Positions 30,906-39,661 of a stretch of 55,129 nt of DNA are shown piece after piece. Origin of the DNA: a virus (taxonomy: Duplodnaviria > Caudoviricetes); the IMG/VR virus record IMGVR_UViG_3300014911_000007, positions 1 to 55,129 of that record. The stretch is one strand, 5' to 3'. The notes under the pieces were generated by a model. The model did not search any database. It saw nothing but the letters and a program-made list of their open reading frames with translations, and was not told the origin of the DNA. The translations under genes were made by a program, and so were the position numbers. Within the stretch, counting starts at the first letter, position 1; every line of letters starts with the position of its first letter.

Positions 30906-32175
30906 GCTCGAACACGATGTCCAAATCTTCGGGCTTCGTACTGAGTTCCTCAATTTCCGGCTGCGGCCAGTTCTTATAATCGTCGTCAATCTCCGGGAAC
31001 GGGATGAAGTGGTATCCTACCGGAGCCGGGCGTGCCAACCGGTCAAACCCGAGTTCAAGGATAGTACCGCCGATCTTCGGATATAAGCCCTTACGTTTGA
31101 GATAATTTGTCTGTCCTTCAAAGCATCCTGGCAGACCGCCCATGATGGGATAGTCTGGTACCCACCCGGCGAGATGATAGTGGCCCATCATAATAATACT
31201 TACCTTTGGCTCCTCTTCCCGTTCAATCGCTGACATTAGCGCATTTATCGCCTGCTGTTCGATGGCCTTCTGAACCTTGTAACTGACAGCGTAAGCCGGT
31301 CCGCCTGTCGGGTGGATGAGCTTCAAGTAGGTCTTTTCAGTCAGAGGGATAGAACACGCATCATATCCCAGATACCGGATGTCATCTCGTAGTTTACATA
31401 ACTTACGTACCGGGTCAAGGCCCGTGTTGACAATCATGGAGTAGTCATGGTTCCCACCAAGCGCCCAATAAGTCACGCCGTCTATGCGAGGAATGTACTT
31501 GTCCGCAGTCCAGACTGCCCGATCTACTACCAGATGTGCAAGACTGCGGTTCTGCGGGCGTCCGGCTGGGATAAGGTCCTGTTCTTGTCCCCGATAAACA
31601 TAGACACCAGCAAAGATATCACCAGGGATAAATACATGCTCAACTCCGTGTTGCTCAACGGCATAATATAGGAAGCTATTCAAGGCCGTCGGCTGAGCGC
31701 ATACGCTCATTACATGTAGGTCGCTAACAAACGCAATAGACACGCGATGGAAATCGGTATCCGCTATCACAACATCTTTGAGCGTGACCTTTGGAGCGCC
31801 ATAATGGACGGGGGCTACAAAGGATTCGTCCTGCTCGATTATGTTGTAGCCATCCGCTATCATCTCGTCGATAATACGCCGGACCTCCTTGGGAGGCAGG
31901 TCCAGTTTATCACACAAGACCCGCAAGGTCGTGGGATTATCCCGCAGAATGGTATAGACTTTCTGGGTTTGGTCCCGTCCTGTCAGGTCCTTAATGGCAA
32001 CTGGCGGTCGGCCTTGGCGCAATCGGTCAGCCTTGCTTGGGTAGGCTCGTGCCCCTCGGTCGGGGAAGCCAGCCTCGATCATTCTTGTTCTAATTTCCTC
32101 ATATCCTAAACCCAGGGTAAGTAGTTTCTCAAAGAAGTCCTGCTCTTCCTGCGGCCATTTCTTCATAGTACTCAT
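30880..32175 (-). CDS. Calcineurin-like metallophosphoesterase with N-terminal HTH region
   Basis: SDLH, PGDIFAG, GGNHD, IHP, MGHYH motifs; start moved to MSTMKK. Confidence 0.85.
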   Translation of the reverse strand: MSTMKKWPQEEQDFFEKLLTLGLGYEEIRTRMIEAGFPDRGARAYPSKADRLRQGRPPVAIKDLTGRDQTQKVYTILRDNPTTLRVLCDKLDLPPKEVRRIIDEMIADGYNIIEQDESFVAPVHYGAPKVTLKDVVIADTDFHRVSIAFVSDLHVMSVCAQPTALNSFLYYAVEQHGVEHVFIPGDIFAGVYVYRGQEQDLIPAGRPQNRSLAHLVVDRAVWTADKYIPRIDGVTYWALGGNHDYSMIVNTGLDPVRKLCKLRDDIRYLGYDACSIPLTEKTYLKLIHPTGGPAYAVSYKVQKAIEQQAINALMSAIEREEEPKVSIIMMGHYHLAGWVPDYPIMGGLPGCFEGQTNYLKRKGLYPKIGGTILELGFDRLARPAPVGYHFIPFPEIDDDYKNWPQPEIEELSTKPEDLDIVFELIEPEESE

Positions 32176-32497
32176 ACTCCCGTGAAACGTAGTAGACTCC
32201 AGCCCCGCTTTCAACATCGTGGGCCGGGACGCGGTAAACCCGCCATCCGAGGGCGGTGGCTTCGTTATACTTCTCGATATCTCCAAGATACCCACTACCG
32301 CGGGTATGCCTCCCCTGTGCCCATACTGACCCTTCGATCTCCACTGCCACCTTTATCTCCGGCCAAGCAAAATCGAAGCGCCACTTGCGGGTAGGATGGA
32401 AGCGATACTCCCGTTCTGGCTCTGGAAGTCCCGCTTCTCGTACCTGTTCTAGGAATGCTTCCTCCGCATCCTTTTTAGTTCTTGATACCTTCGCCAT
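32129..32497 (-). CDS. PD-(D/E)XK endonuclease (Vsr/DUF559-like)
   Basis: REYRFHPTRKWRFDFAWPEIKVAVEIEG...GRH...DIEKYNEA..LGWRV. Confidence 0.8.
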   Translation of the reverse strand: MAKVSRTKKDAEEAFLEQVREAGLPEPEREYRFHPTRKWRFDFAWPEIKVAVEIEGSVWAQGRHTRGSGYLGDIEKYNEATALGWRVYRVPAHDVESGAGVYYVSREYEYYEEMAAGRAGLL

Positions 32498-32924
32498 GAA
32501 ACACTCCAAAGATAGCGGCATACATGCGCATGATAGCGCGCAGCGATTCAAGCTCCTCCGCCAAACTGACAATCTCATCCTCCAGTTCGGCCATGTCTCG
32601 TTCCTTATCGTAGACGGAGGCCCGCGCTTTACCGAATTCCAAATCCTGTTCAAGCGCGTGCTCCAGCAAGAACCTTGACCACTCCCTCGTTGGCTCCCCA
32701 GCGAATGGATCCGCCGCCTGGGAGACTTCCGGCAATTGGGCCAAAGCAATCATCCGCTTACGGCGAACCATCTCAGCGTAGTCCCGCTCGCGTGTAACAA
32801 TCTCGGCGGCTTCTCTATGTTTCTCCCGAAGGCCCGCCAAAGTCTCGACGATTTCAATCGCTCTCTTCTTCAGTCCCTCCGCTTCCTTCATCATCTGCTC
32901 GATTTTCTTCCTGTCCATCTTCAT
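32475..32924 (-). CDS. Coiled-coil hypothetical protein
   Basis: 149 aa downstream of recA; the position recalls recombination mediators (inference). Confidence 0.65.
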   Translation of the reverse strand: MKMDRKKIEQMMKEAEGLKKRAIEIVETLAGLREKHREAAEIVTRERDYAEMVRRKRMIALAQLPEVSQAADPFAGEPTREWSRFLLEHALEQDLEFGKARASVYDKERDMAELEDEIVSLAEELESLRAIMRMYAAIFGVFHGEGIKN

Positions 32925-33930
32925 CCTCCAATAATTGTTTTTCGTAGTCCTTTAGCAAGATATGAAACGGCTCGAAGATTTCCGTTTCGCCTTCCATCTC
33001 AGCCTCAATCAACTCCGCCATCCGGCCCACCGCCACCCACTCGTCCCCCTCTTTGTAGCGAACCCACCCACCCGTACGGTTAGCCAGCTTCAGGCGGAAA
33101 CAATCCATTACTGCGGTCATATGCGGAGCCACCCCGAAGGCCGGGATGAAGAACACTTGTCCTATCCGCTCCTTATAAGTGCCTCCAACTCGGAGCTTCT
33201 CAACCCGCACTTCAATCTGCCAACATCCATAAGGGAACTGCCGGTCGTTCACGTACATATAGAGCGCCACCCCGCGGGCGAAGTTCTTTGTCTTACCGCC
33301 GGGCGAGTAATGCCCGCCGACGCCAAAGGATTGAAGGCTATGATTCACTAGAATTACGGCTTTCGGGGGAGTGTGATACACTATAAGATGCGAGGCGGCC
33401 CGGCGTACAAGCTGAGCGATGTTCTGTGCGCGGCGGCCCATATTGGCATCGCCAATATCACCAGCAGCTTCCGCCGGGGGAATCCACATACCGATACTAT
33501 CTAGGATGACGGCATTGAATTCGTTCTGGGTGAGATAATCTGCAAGCTCCGTACCCATCTCGCTATGCTGGCGCGGAACTAGATTACCTTTCTTATCCTT
33601 CTTAGCCGAGTCCACCACCTTGACAACTCCGTGGAACCCAGCGCGAGCGAAGTGCTGACGTAAGTAATCCTTACTTAGCGCGCCCTCCGTGTCCATAATA
33701 CCAACCCGCCCGTCTTCCCGAACGCTTGCAGCCATCCAATAAGCCAGCGACGATTTCCCAATATGTTCATTACCGTACAACTCAATAATATTCCGAAGCG
33801 GGAAGCCTAATTCCCCGGCGTGTGAAAGGGCTAGGTCAAGAGAGAATAGACCCGTCCTGCATCGGATTACGTCCGGTATTGTTCCCCCTTCAATTGTCGG
33901 ATAGAGAATGTCATCTATGTCCATAGTCAT
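32854..33930 (-). CDS. recA: RecA/UvsX-like recombinase
   Basis: TGLFSLDLAL, ELYGNEHIGKS, MDTEGAL, ILDSI, SPGG motifs. Confidence 0.85.
   Translation of the reverse strand: MTMDIDDILYPTIEGGTIPDVIRCRTGLFSLDLALSHAGELGFPLRNIIELYGNEHIGKSSLAYWMAASVREDGRVGIMDTEGALSKDYLRQHFARAGFHGVVKVVDSAKKDKKGNLVPRQHSEMGTELADYLTQNEFNAVILDSIGMWIPPAEAAGDIGDANMGRRAQNIAQLVRRAASHLIVYHTPPKAVILVNHSLQSFGVGGHYSPGGKTKNFARGVALYMYVNDRQFPYGCWQIEVRVEKLRVGGTYKERIGQVFFIPAFGVAPHMTAVMDCFRLKLANRTGGWVRYKEGDEWVAVGRMAELIEAEMEGETEIFEPFHILLKDYEKQLLEDEDGQEENRADDEGSGGTEEESD
33661..33677. repeat. AGTAA-N3-TTACT palindrome (extended, intragenic)
   Basis: TAAGTAATCCTTACTTA. Confidence 0.8.
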
Positions 33931-33946
33931 CCTATTAGTTAGCCGC

Positions 33947-33983
33947 GCCCGCGGATGTGGCCCTCCCATTCACATCCGCGGGC
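33947..33983 (-). terminator. 13-bp GC-rich stem-loop upstream of recA
   Basis: GCCCGCGGATGTG / CACATCCGCGGGC with an 11-nt loop, intergenic. Confidence 0.6.
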
Positions 33984-33992
33984 ATCGGCGTG

Positions 33993-34259
33993 TCAGCTTC
34001 TCTGCCTAGCGGCATCGTAGCCGAGAACGTATCCCAATGCCACTATCTTCTTTAGAAGAAGGGGTTTGTCGTCTGTCACGTCACCAAGAACATCGCAGGC
34101 GTAAGCAAGGACCGAGAGAGCGTCGTCATCCTCTTCGCGAACTGCCGCATAGATATCATTGTCGTTGAGGATATTAACGACATCTACTAACGCCATGTTG
34201 TCTTTCTTCACCAGCCGATCACTCAATTCCTTTAGTGTTTCGCTTAGAGTCTTGCTCAT
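33993..34259 (-). CDS. Hypothetical protein
   Basis: 88 aa, AGGAGG SD. Confidence 0.7.
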   Translation of the reverse strand: MSKTLSETLKELSDRLVKKDNMALVDVVNILNDNDIYAAVREEDDDALSVLAYACDVLGDVTDDKPLLLKKIVALGYVLGYDAARQRS

Positions 34260-34260
34260 T

Positions 34261-35133
34261 TTAGCCTCCTCTCAGTTTCTTCCGAACGGCTTCCTCGCTC
34301 GGATACAGGCGCTTTCGACCATCTCCGCGAGCCTCCTCGAAGTCTCTAATATACTTTACCAGCCGCCGGAAGCCGTGCGGCTCCACGCTCGCGGCTTGGT
34401 CGGTTCCCCACATGGCCCGGTCCAGGGTGATATGTCGCTCCACAACTTGTGCTCCTAACGCCACGGCACAAACAGTCGTGACAAGACCTGTCTCGTGGCC
34501 GCTATAGCCAATCACCAAGTCGGGGTAATTGCGCTTGTAGAAATCCCGAATTGCGTATAGGTTTAGCTCCTTCAGCGGACACGGATAGGTGCTTGTACAG
34601 TGCATCACCACCAACCTTTCCGGGTCAATCATAGATAGATAGAAATCTATAGCCTCCTCCACCTCCTTCTCTGTAGACATCCCTGTCGAAATGATGATAG
34701 GAACACAGGGATATAGATCGGCCACTGCACGCGCTAAATCGCGGTCCGTCAATTTAGCCGACGGAATCTTAATCCACGGCGGTTTATATTGTACCATAAA
34801 TTCTGCTGAAGGTCTATCCCAAACCGACGCTGACCAATCCATGCCAAGGGCCTTGCAAGTAAGGCTTACAACGTTATAGGCCCCCTGCCCAAGCTCGATG
34901 CGCTCTTTATACTCGATATAGGGCATAATACCCCACGGCGTTTCCTTGGGCCGATCCCATTCGTCGCGGGGAACTGCGATACGTGGAACCCGCTTCTGAA
35001 ACTTGACAGCATCCGCACCGGCTTCGTGCGCGGCCTTAATTAGCTCCAAGGCAACATCAATGCTTCCGCAGTGGTTGATACCAATCTCCGCGATGATGTA
35101 AGTTTGATTCTTCTCCAACCTAGTCTGTAGCAC
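34261..35133 (-). CDS. neuB: N-acetylneuraminate/nonulosonate synthase (short NeuB, no SAF domain)
   Basis: IIAEIGINHCG, GADAVKFQ, IKIPSA, IISTGMS, MHCTSTYP, GYSGHE, VERHITLDR, GTDQAAS. Confidence 0.95.
   Translation of the reverse strand: MLQTRLEKNQTYIIAEIGINHCGSIDVALELIKAAHEAGADAVKFQKRVPRIAVPRDEWDRPKETPWGIMPYIEYKERIELGQGAYNVVSLTCKALGMDWSASVWDRPSAEFMVQYKPPWIKIPSAKLTDRDLARAVADLYPCVPIIISTGMSTEKEVEEAIDFYLSMIDPERLVVMHCTSTYPCPLKELNLYAIRDFYKRNYPDLVIGYSGHETGLVTTVCAVALGAQVVERHITLDRAMWGTDQAASVEPHGFRRLVKYIRDFEEARGDGRKRLYPSEEAVRKKLRGG
34858..34870. repeat. AGTAA-N3-TTACT palindrome, 1 mismatch
   Basis: AGTAAGGCTTACA inside neuB. Confidence 0.7.
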
Positions 35134-35134
35134 A

Positions 35135-35815
35135 TCACACCTCCTCGATGACTACACCCATCCGTTCCAGCCTGCTAAGGATGCGCTTACAAAGCTCGCT
35201 ATCATCTCGCTTGATGAAGCCGCGTTCTTCGTAGCTGTCATCGCCAATCCGTGCCCACAAGACGCCGCCCTTATCAAGGCGCATGAAAAGGCGGTTGGCC
35301 GTTGAGGTCTGGAACCCACGTAGGCGGTCACGGATGACGCGTAGTGCAGCGACGTTTGGGGCCTTAGCCGCCTCCTCCCAGTCATCCGGTGTCATCAGTC
35401 CCTCGCGGGCAGGAACCCGCAGGTACATCAACCCCTGGATGGGTTTGCATAGCAGGGCCTCATAAAGCTCCGGGTGTTCCTGAACATACGGATGAAGAAG
35501 CACGCTCTCCCAAGTATCTACATACTTGTGATATGTCTGCCCGGAAATTCCCATCTCGTACTCAACGAACGTCTGACAATCATCCGCTATGTCAAATTGA
35601 TCCCAAGCTGCCCGCAGGCCGTAAAGCAGTTTAGCCAACCCGACACCCGCTACGTGCTGGGCCATCCGTAGTTTAATGCCCAAATGCAGCGCCGCCATTG
35701 GATTACGGTTTCGTATAGACTGCTCTAGGGCCTCATCAACCGCGCGTAAGACCGACAATTCAGCCTCACTCAACGGATATGCTGAATCTAAAGATGTTGT
35801 AATTTCCTCTGCCAT
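35135..35815 (-). CDS. Hypothetical protein
   Basis: ~226 aa packed between udg and neuB. Confidence 0.7.
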   Translation of the reverse strand: MAEEITTSLDSAYPLSEAELSVLRAVDEALEQSIRNRNPMAALHLGIKLRMAQHVAGVGLAKLLYGLRAAWDQFDIADDCQTFVEYEMGISGQTYHKYVDTWESVLLHPYVQEHPELYEALLCKPIQGLMYLRVPAREGLMTPDDWEEAAKAPNVAALRVIRDRLRGFQTSTANRLFMRLDKGGVLWARIGDDSYEERGFIKRDDSELCKRILSRLERMGVVIEEV

Positions 35816-35817
35816 AC

Positions 35818-36381
35818 TTACACTCTCCAATAAGGCCGACTCTTTTCGGCAAATACTTTGAACGCCTCCCGCACTGGACCCACAACTGCATCTTCATCCA
35901 GCAACGACGCTGGGTTTCGAGATGGCACGCACACTTGGATATGCTTTGGAATAAGCGGCGATGTCATCAGCAATCCCTCAACATCTGATACCGCTTCGTC
36001 CAGAAGCAAGGCAGATGGAAGGCTGCCCATCAATAGTACAGCACGCCGATTAGGATTGTTCAGTTCTTTAATAGCTTGGTTGAAGTGCCAATCCAATTCC
36101 TCCTTATAGCGTGGGTCTTTCTCTTCCAACGGACTGTGAAGCCATATGTTTGTAACCCGGCAGGTAGAGTAATTGATACCTACCAAGCGAAGCTCCGTAT
36201 GCAGAACCTCGCCAGCCCTCCCAACCCACGGGATTCCGCTACGCACCTCCTCCATACCAGGATATGCCCCGATGAGAAGGAGCGGCGAATCCTTTGGCCC
36301 GACCACCCTGACGAGGGCGGCTCCACAGATAGGACATCTAGGTCTGGTTATTGTCAGCATACCACTCAATGGTTGATTCAT
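35818..36381 (-). CDS. Uracil-DNA glycosylase family 4-like protein
   Basis: CPIC...LLIGAYPGMEE...PWVGRAG...VTN...LLMG...NPAS. Confidence 0.8.
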   Translation of the reverse strand: MNQPLSGMLTITRPRCPICGAALVRVVGPKDSPLLLIGAYPGMEEVRSGIPWVGRAGEVLHTELRLVGINYSTCRVTNIWLHSPLEEKDPRYKEELDWHFNQAIKELNNPNRRAVLLMGSLPSALLLDEAVSDVEGLLMTSPLIPKHIQVCVPSRNPASLLDEDAVVGPVREAFKVFAEKSRPYWRV

Positions 36382-36592
36382 TGACACGCCTCCACCATTC
36401 TTCTTCGTTGATAAGCTCCTGATGCCAGGACCAATAGAAATTGTTCCGGTCCCATCCATCAGGATCGACGACTATTAGCTTGTCTATAAACTCCTGCTGC
36501 CATTCCTCGCTTGTTTTGAGCATGTTACCCTCCTTGTCGAACGTCGGCCATCCTTTCTTTGGTGGGCCAAAGAAGTAATTGTGGATGCTCAT
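36338..36592 (-). CDS. Hypothetical protein
   Basis: 84 aa, DPDGWDR motif, coupled to the polA stop. Confidence 0.6.
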   Translation of the reverse strand: MSIHNYFFGPPKKGWPTFDKEGNMLKTSEEWQQEFIDKLIVVDPDGWDRNNFYWSWHQELINEEEWWRRVNESTIEWYADNNQT

Positions 36593-38304
36593 TCGTCCTC
36601 CTTCTTAGCGGCCCAGGTACGGCCAGTATGGACATCTACCTCAATTGGTATGCCCGGTATGATACGCTCTCCAGCGTCTACCCATGCCGCCCGAGTGATC
36701 TCCTCGTACTGCGGAACAAGCGCCGGTTCTCCGATATCAGCCACGATCTCGTCGTGAATCATCATCGTCACTGGAAACAGAAGACCCTCACTCTTGCAAT
36801 ACTCGCGGATTTTCACACATGCCAACTTCATATGATCGCCACCACTACCCTGAATTGGACCGTTGACAGCATTATTGCGCCACTTGTAATTGTAAGGATT
36901 GAGCCAGATAGGGCGGCCAGTCGTAGTCGTGACGTACCCATCTCGCTTTGCTCTTTGTCTCATCCTCTTGATATAGGCATGAACCCCACGGAACTTCTTG
37001 AAGTAGTCATCAAGCCGCTTCTTCGCTTCTTCGTTAGAAATCTGAAGCCTTGCCGCCAATCCATAGGGTGACATCCCGTAGCTCATTCCGTAGTTCAATG
37101 TCTTAGCGGTATCTCGGTCCGTACCCTGTTCCTTTGCGGTCCACTCGTGGACATCCTCGCCCGACCGGAAAGCCTCTAACAGGAGTGGGTCCTTTGAGAG
37201 ATAAGCGTTGATGCGAAGCTCCTGCTGGGCCACATCCGAGACGAGGATAACGCCATTCGGATACTGAGAAATAAAGGCCCGCCGGTAGCGAATGTCCCTA
37301 CGTACCGGCACATTCTGGAGGCTCGGTTTACGACAAGCGGTGCGTCCGGTCTCGGCCCCAGTTACAATCCAATCAGGAATGATAAGTCCACCCTTGCGAA
37401 CGTACTTCTCAATCCAATTCGCCCCATAAGACGAAGCCTGCTTGCGCCACTTCCGAGCCTCCAAAATCTCCTCGACAAGTTCCGCATCCTCCTCGCGTCC
37501 GCGGTGTCGAAGGTCCTCTGCAACACCTTTCAGGATTGATGCTCCAGCTTTATCAAGCTCTCTCCCAACCAGCTTACCAACAAACTCTCTAACTTGGGGG
37601 TGGCTGTAGACATTCAGTCCAAGTTTCTTTTCCAAGTCCCGTCCCCTTTTGCTGCTCTCGTCTCGAAGCATCATCCAAAGGTCGACATCCAGCTTGACTG
37701 GTAAGAAGTCCAACACTGCCCAAATACATGGGGCATCAATCTCCCAATACCAAACGGGATTGATATCGTTCTCCGTTACATACTCCAACTGCCTTATAGC
37801 AACACGAAGCGTAGCCCACGCATCCCTAGCGGCATATTCCTCCATCTCCGGCGTAAAGTCGGTAGCAGTCCTGAATTTGTCTCGGATGTCCTTTCGAAGC
37901 CTAACTCCTAACCACCTGCGAGCCAAAGCATCCAGGCCAAACTTGTCGTAATATCCGCCGAACAGATCACGTTCAAATATCTGTGTATCAAGGATTAGGT
38001 GGTCATCCACTTCGCAAATCATCTTCAGCCTACGCAGGTCGTAGGTGGCATTGTGAAAGACCCACACCCCTTTATCCATACGGCGCAAAAGCTCCGGCAC
38101 TTGCCTCCAGTCCCGTATAAAGTACACCACGTCCGGGTTTCCCATCATGCACACGGTAATACATGCAAACTCCCCACTGTCTACAAGATTAGTATCGAAC
38201 CCAAAGACCTCAATATCCATCGCTACTAGCTCGTCTTCGAGTGCGTCACGTGGTGGCAAACCACGAACAATCTTAAGCTGAGTAGAGCCTAATTGGTTGA
38301 TCAT
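36589..38304 (-). CDS. polA: DNA polymerase family A with 3'-5' exonuclease
   Basis: Exo motifs MDIE, FHNATYD, YAARDA; TGR, LQNVP; motif A SDVAQQELR, motif B KTLNYGMSYG, motif C IHDE. Confidence 0.95.
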   Translation of the reverse strand: MINQLGSTQLKIVRGLPPRDALEDELVAMDIEVFGFDTNLVDSGEFACITVCMMGNPDVVYFIRDWRQVPELLRRMDKGVWVFHNATYDLRRLKMICEVDDHLILDTQIFERDLFGGYYDKFGLDALARRWLGVRLRKDIRDKFRTATDFTPEMEEYAARDAWATLRVAIRQLEYVTENDINPVWYWEIDAPCIWAVLDFLPVKLDVDLWMMLRDESSKRGRDLEKKLGLNVYSHPQVREFVGKLVGRELDKAGASILKGVAEDLRHRGREEDAELVEEILEARKWRKQASSYGANWIEKYVRKGGLIIPDWIVTGAETGRTACRKPSLQNVPVRRDIRYRRAFISQYPNGVILVSDVAQQELRINAYLSKDPLLLEAFRSGEDVHEWTAKEQGTDRDTAKTLNYGMSYGMSPYGLAARLQISNEEAKKRLDDYFKKFRGVHAYIKRMRQRAKRDGYVTTTTGRPIWLNPYNYKWRNNAVNGPIQGSGGDHMKLACVKIREYCKSEGLLFPVTMMIHDEIVADIGEPALVPQYEEITRAAWVDAGERIIPGIPIEVDVHTGRTWAAKKEDE

Positions 38305-39448
38305 ACTTTTCTCCCCATCCCTTTTCTCCATCCCACTCAATTGGGATGGCGATAGGCCCGCCATACTTATACCCATAGCGCGCCTTACCGTGAATGAGCG
38401 CCGCTCGATTCTCGCCCAGGAACCCTAGCTCATCGTCTGACTGGTCCACGTCCAATTGGTTCGGGTTGTAGATGAGAAACACCGACGCACCCAGCGCCTC
38501 GATTAGCCGTGACCCACGCAAGTGGTTCACCCTCGGACGCCCGCCAACATACTGATAATTCAACTGTGATAAGACGACGACGGGGATACCAGTCAACTTA
38601 GCCAGCGCCGCCAATTGTTTGTAGGTTTCATCAATGACATCGACACCATTATCGCCTCGCGTCCTCCAACTTGGAAGAATCATATCGGCGAAGTCAACGC
38701 CTATCATATACAGATCAGGGTAGGTGTTCGCCATCCGCATACCCTCGGAGTAGATTTCCGAAAGCGTTAGGGCACGCTCAGCTACCAGCACTCGTTCGCG
38801 CTTCGTCATATGGCTCATCGTCTCATCAAGCTGGATGAAGCGGTAAAGAATCTGCGACGCCGACATCTCCAGTGAGGCCAGCCATACTCGCTTCCCTCGG
38901 CGAACGGCAGAAATCATCAGCCGCCCCAGGAAGATAGTCTTACCAGTTCCAGGCGGGCCGCCGATAACAGTCAGCGACGACGCCGGTAGGCCCCTGCAAT
39001 TATCATCCAGCGGTGGGTAGAATGTAGGCACAAATACCGCCTCCTCTGGTTCGACATCGGCCAGCGAACGAGTGATAACGATGTCGGTCTGGACTTCATT
39101 CAGCGCCTCCAACGCCCTCTCATAGTCGCCGTCTTGTGATTCACCTGCTGACCACCGCTTGACTATTGGTGCCAGCTTCGTACCAGCCCGAACACGCCGC
39201 GCCGACTCTCGACACGCAGCAACATAGGTATTGACATCAGCGGTAACATTCTCGGCTGCGGCCCTCGCTCCGCTAAGAGCCACAATCCCCACAACATCTA
39301 GCAAGTCCGCTTCGCTGCCGCCATCCCGCAACTTTCGTAGACCCGCATCGAATGGCGGATGAAGGATTTCTGGCTCGATGGCGTGAGGGCTAATCTCCCC
39401 AGCGAGAACCTTACCGAACAGGGTTTCGCTTCGATTTAGCCACTCCAT
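38273..39448 (-). CDS. DnaB-like replicative helicase
   Basis: GPPGTGKT, SLEMS, IPVVVLSQLN, LRGS, KARYG. Confidence 0.9.
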   Translation of the reverse strand: MEWLNRSETLFGKVLAGEISPHAIEPEILHPPFDAGLRKLRDGGSEADLLDVVGIVALSGARAAAENVTADVNTYVAACRESARRVRAGTKLAPIVKRWSAGESQDGDYERALEALNEVQTDIVITRSLADVEPEEAVFVPTFYPPLDDNCRGLPASSLTVIGGPPGTGKTIFLGRLMISAVRRGKRVWLASLEMSASQILYRFIQLDETMSHMTKRERVLVAERALTLSEIYSEGMRMANTYPDLYMIGVDFADMILPSWRTRGDNGVDVIDETYKQLAALAKLTGIPVVVLSQLNYQYVGGRPRVNHLRGSRLIEALGASVFLIYNPNQLDVDQSDDELGFLGENRAALIHGKARYGYKYGGPIAIPIEWDGEKGWGEKYDQPIRLYSA

Positions 39449-39463
39449 AGTTCGCCTCGCCCG

Positions 39464-39661
39464 CTAACGAAGATAATCAAGTTCGGCTGCTTCTCTGTCT
39501 TGTTCGATTTCCCAAACTTCTAGCCAGCGGACAAGGCTTTCCAAGCAATGCTCTGCCGTCGCCTGGACGATTATTGCAATAGCATATTCCAGGTGTTTGA
39601 TATCTTCCTCACTTAGTTCGAAGTTATACGTTGCTGTCTCTAATACATTACTCACACCCAT
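39464..39661 (-). CDS. Hypothetical protein
   Basis: 65 aa between the primase and helicase genes. Confidence 0.5.
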   Translation of the reverse strand: MGVSNVLETATYNFELSEEDIKHLEYAIAIIVQATAEHCLESLVRWLEVWEIEQDREAAELDYLR

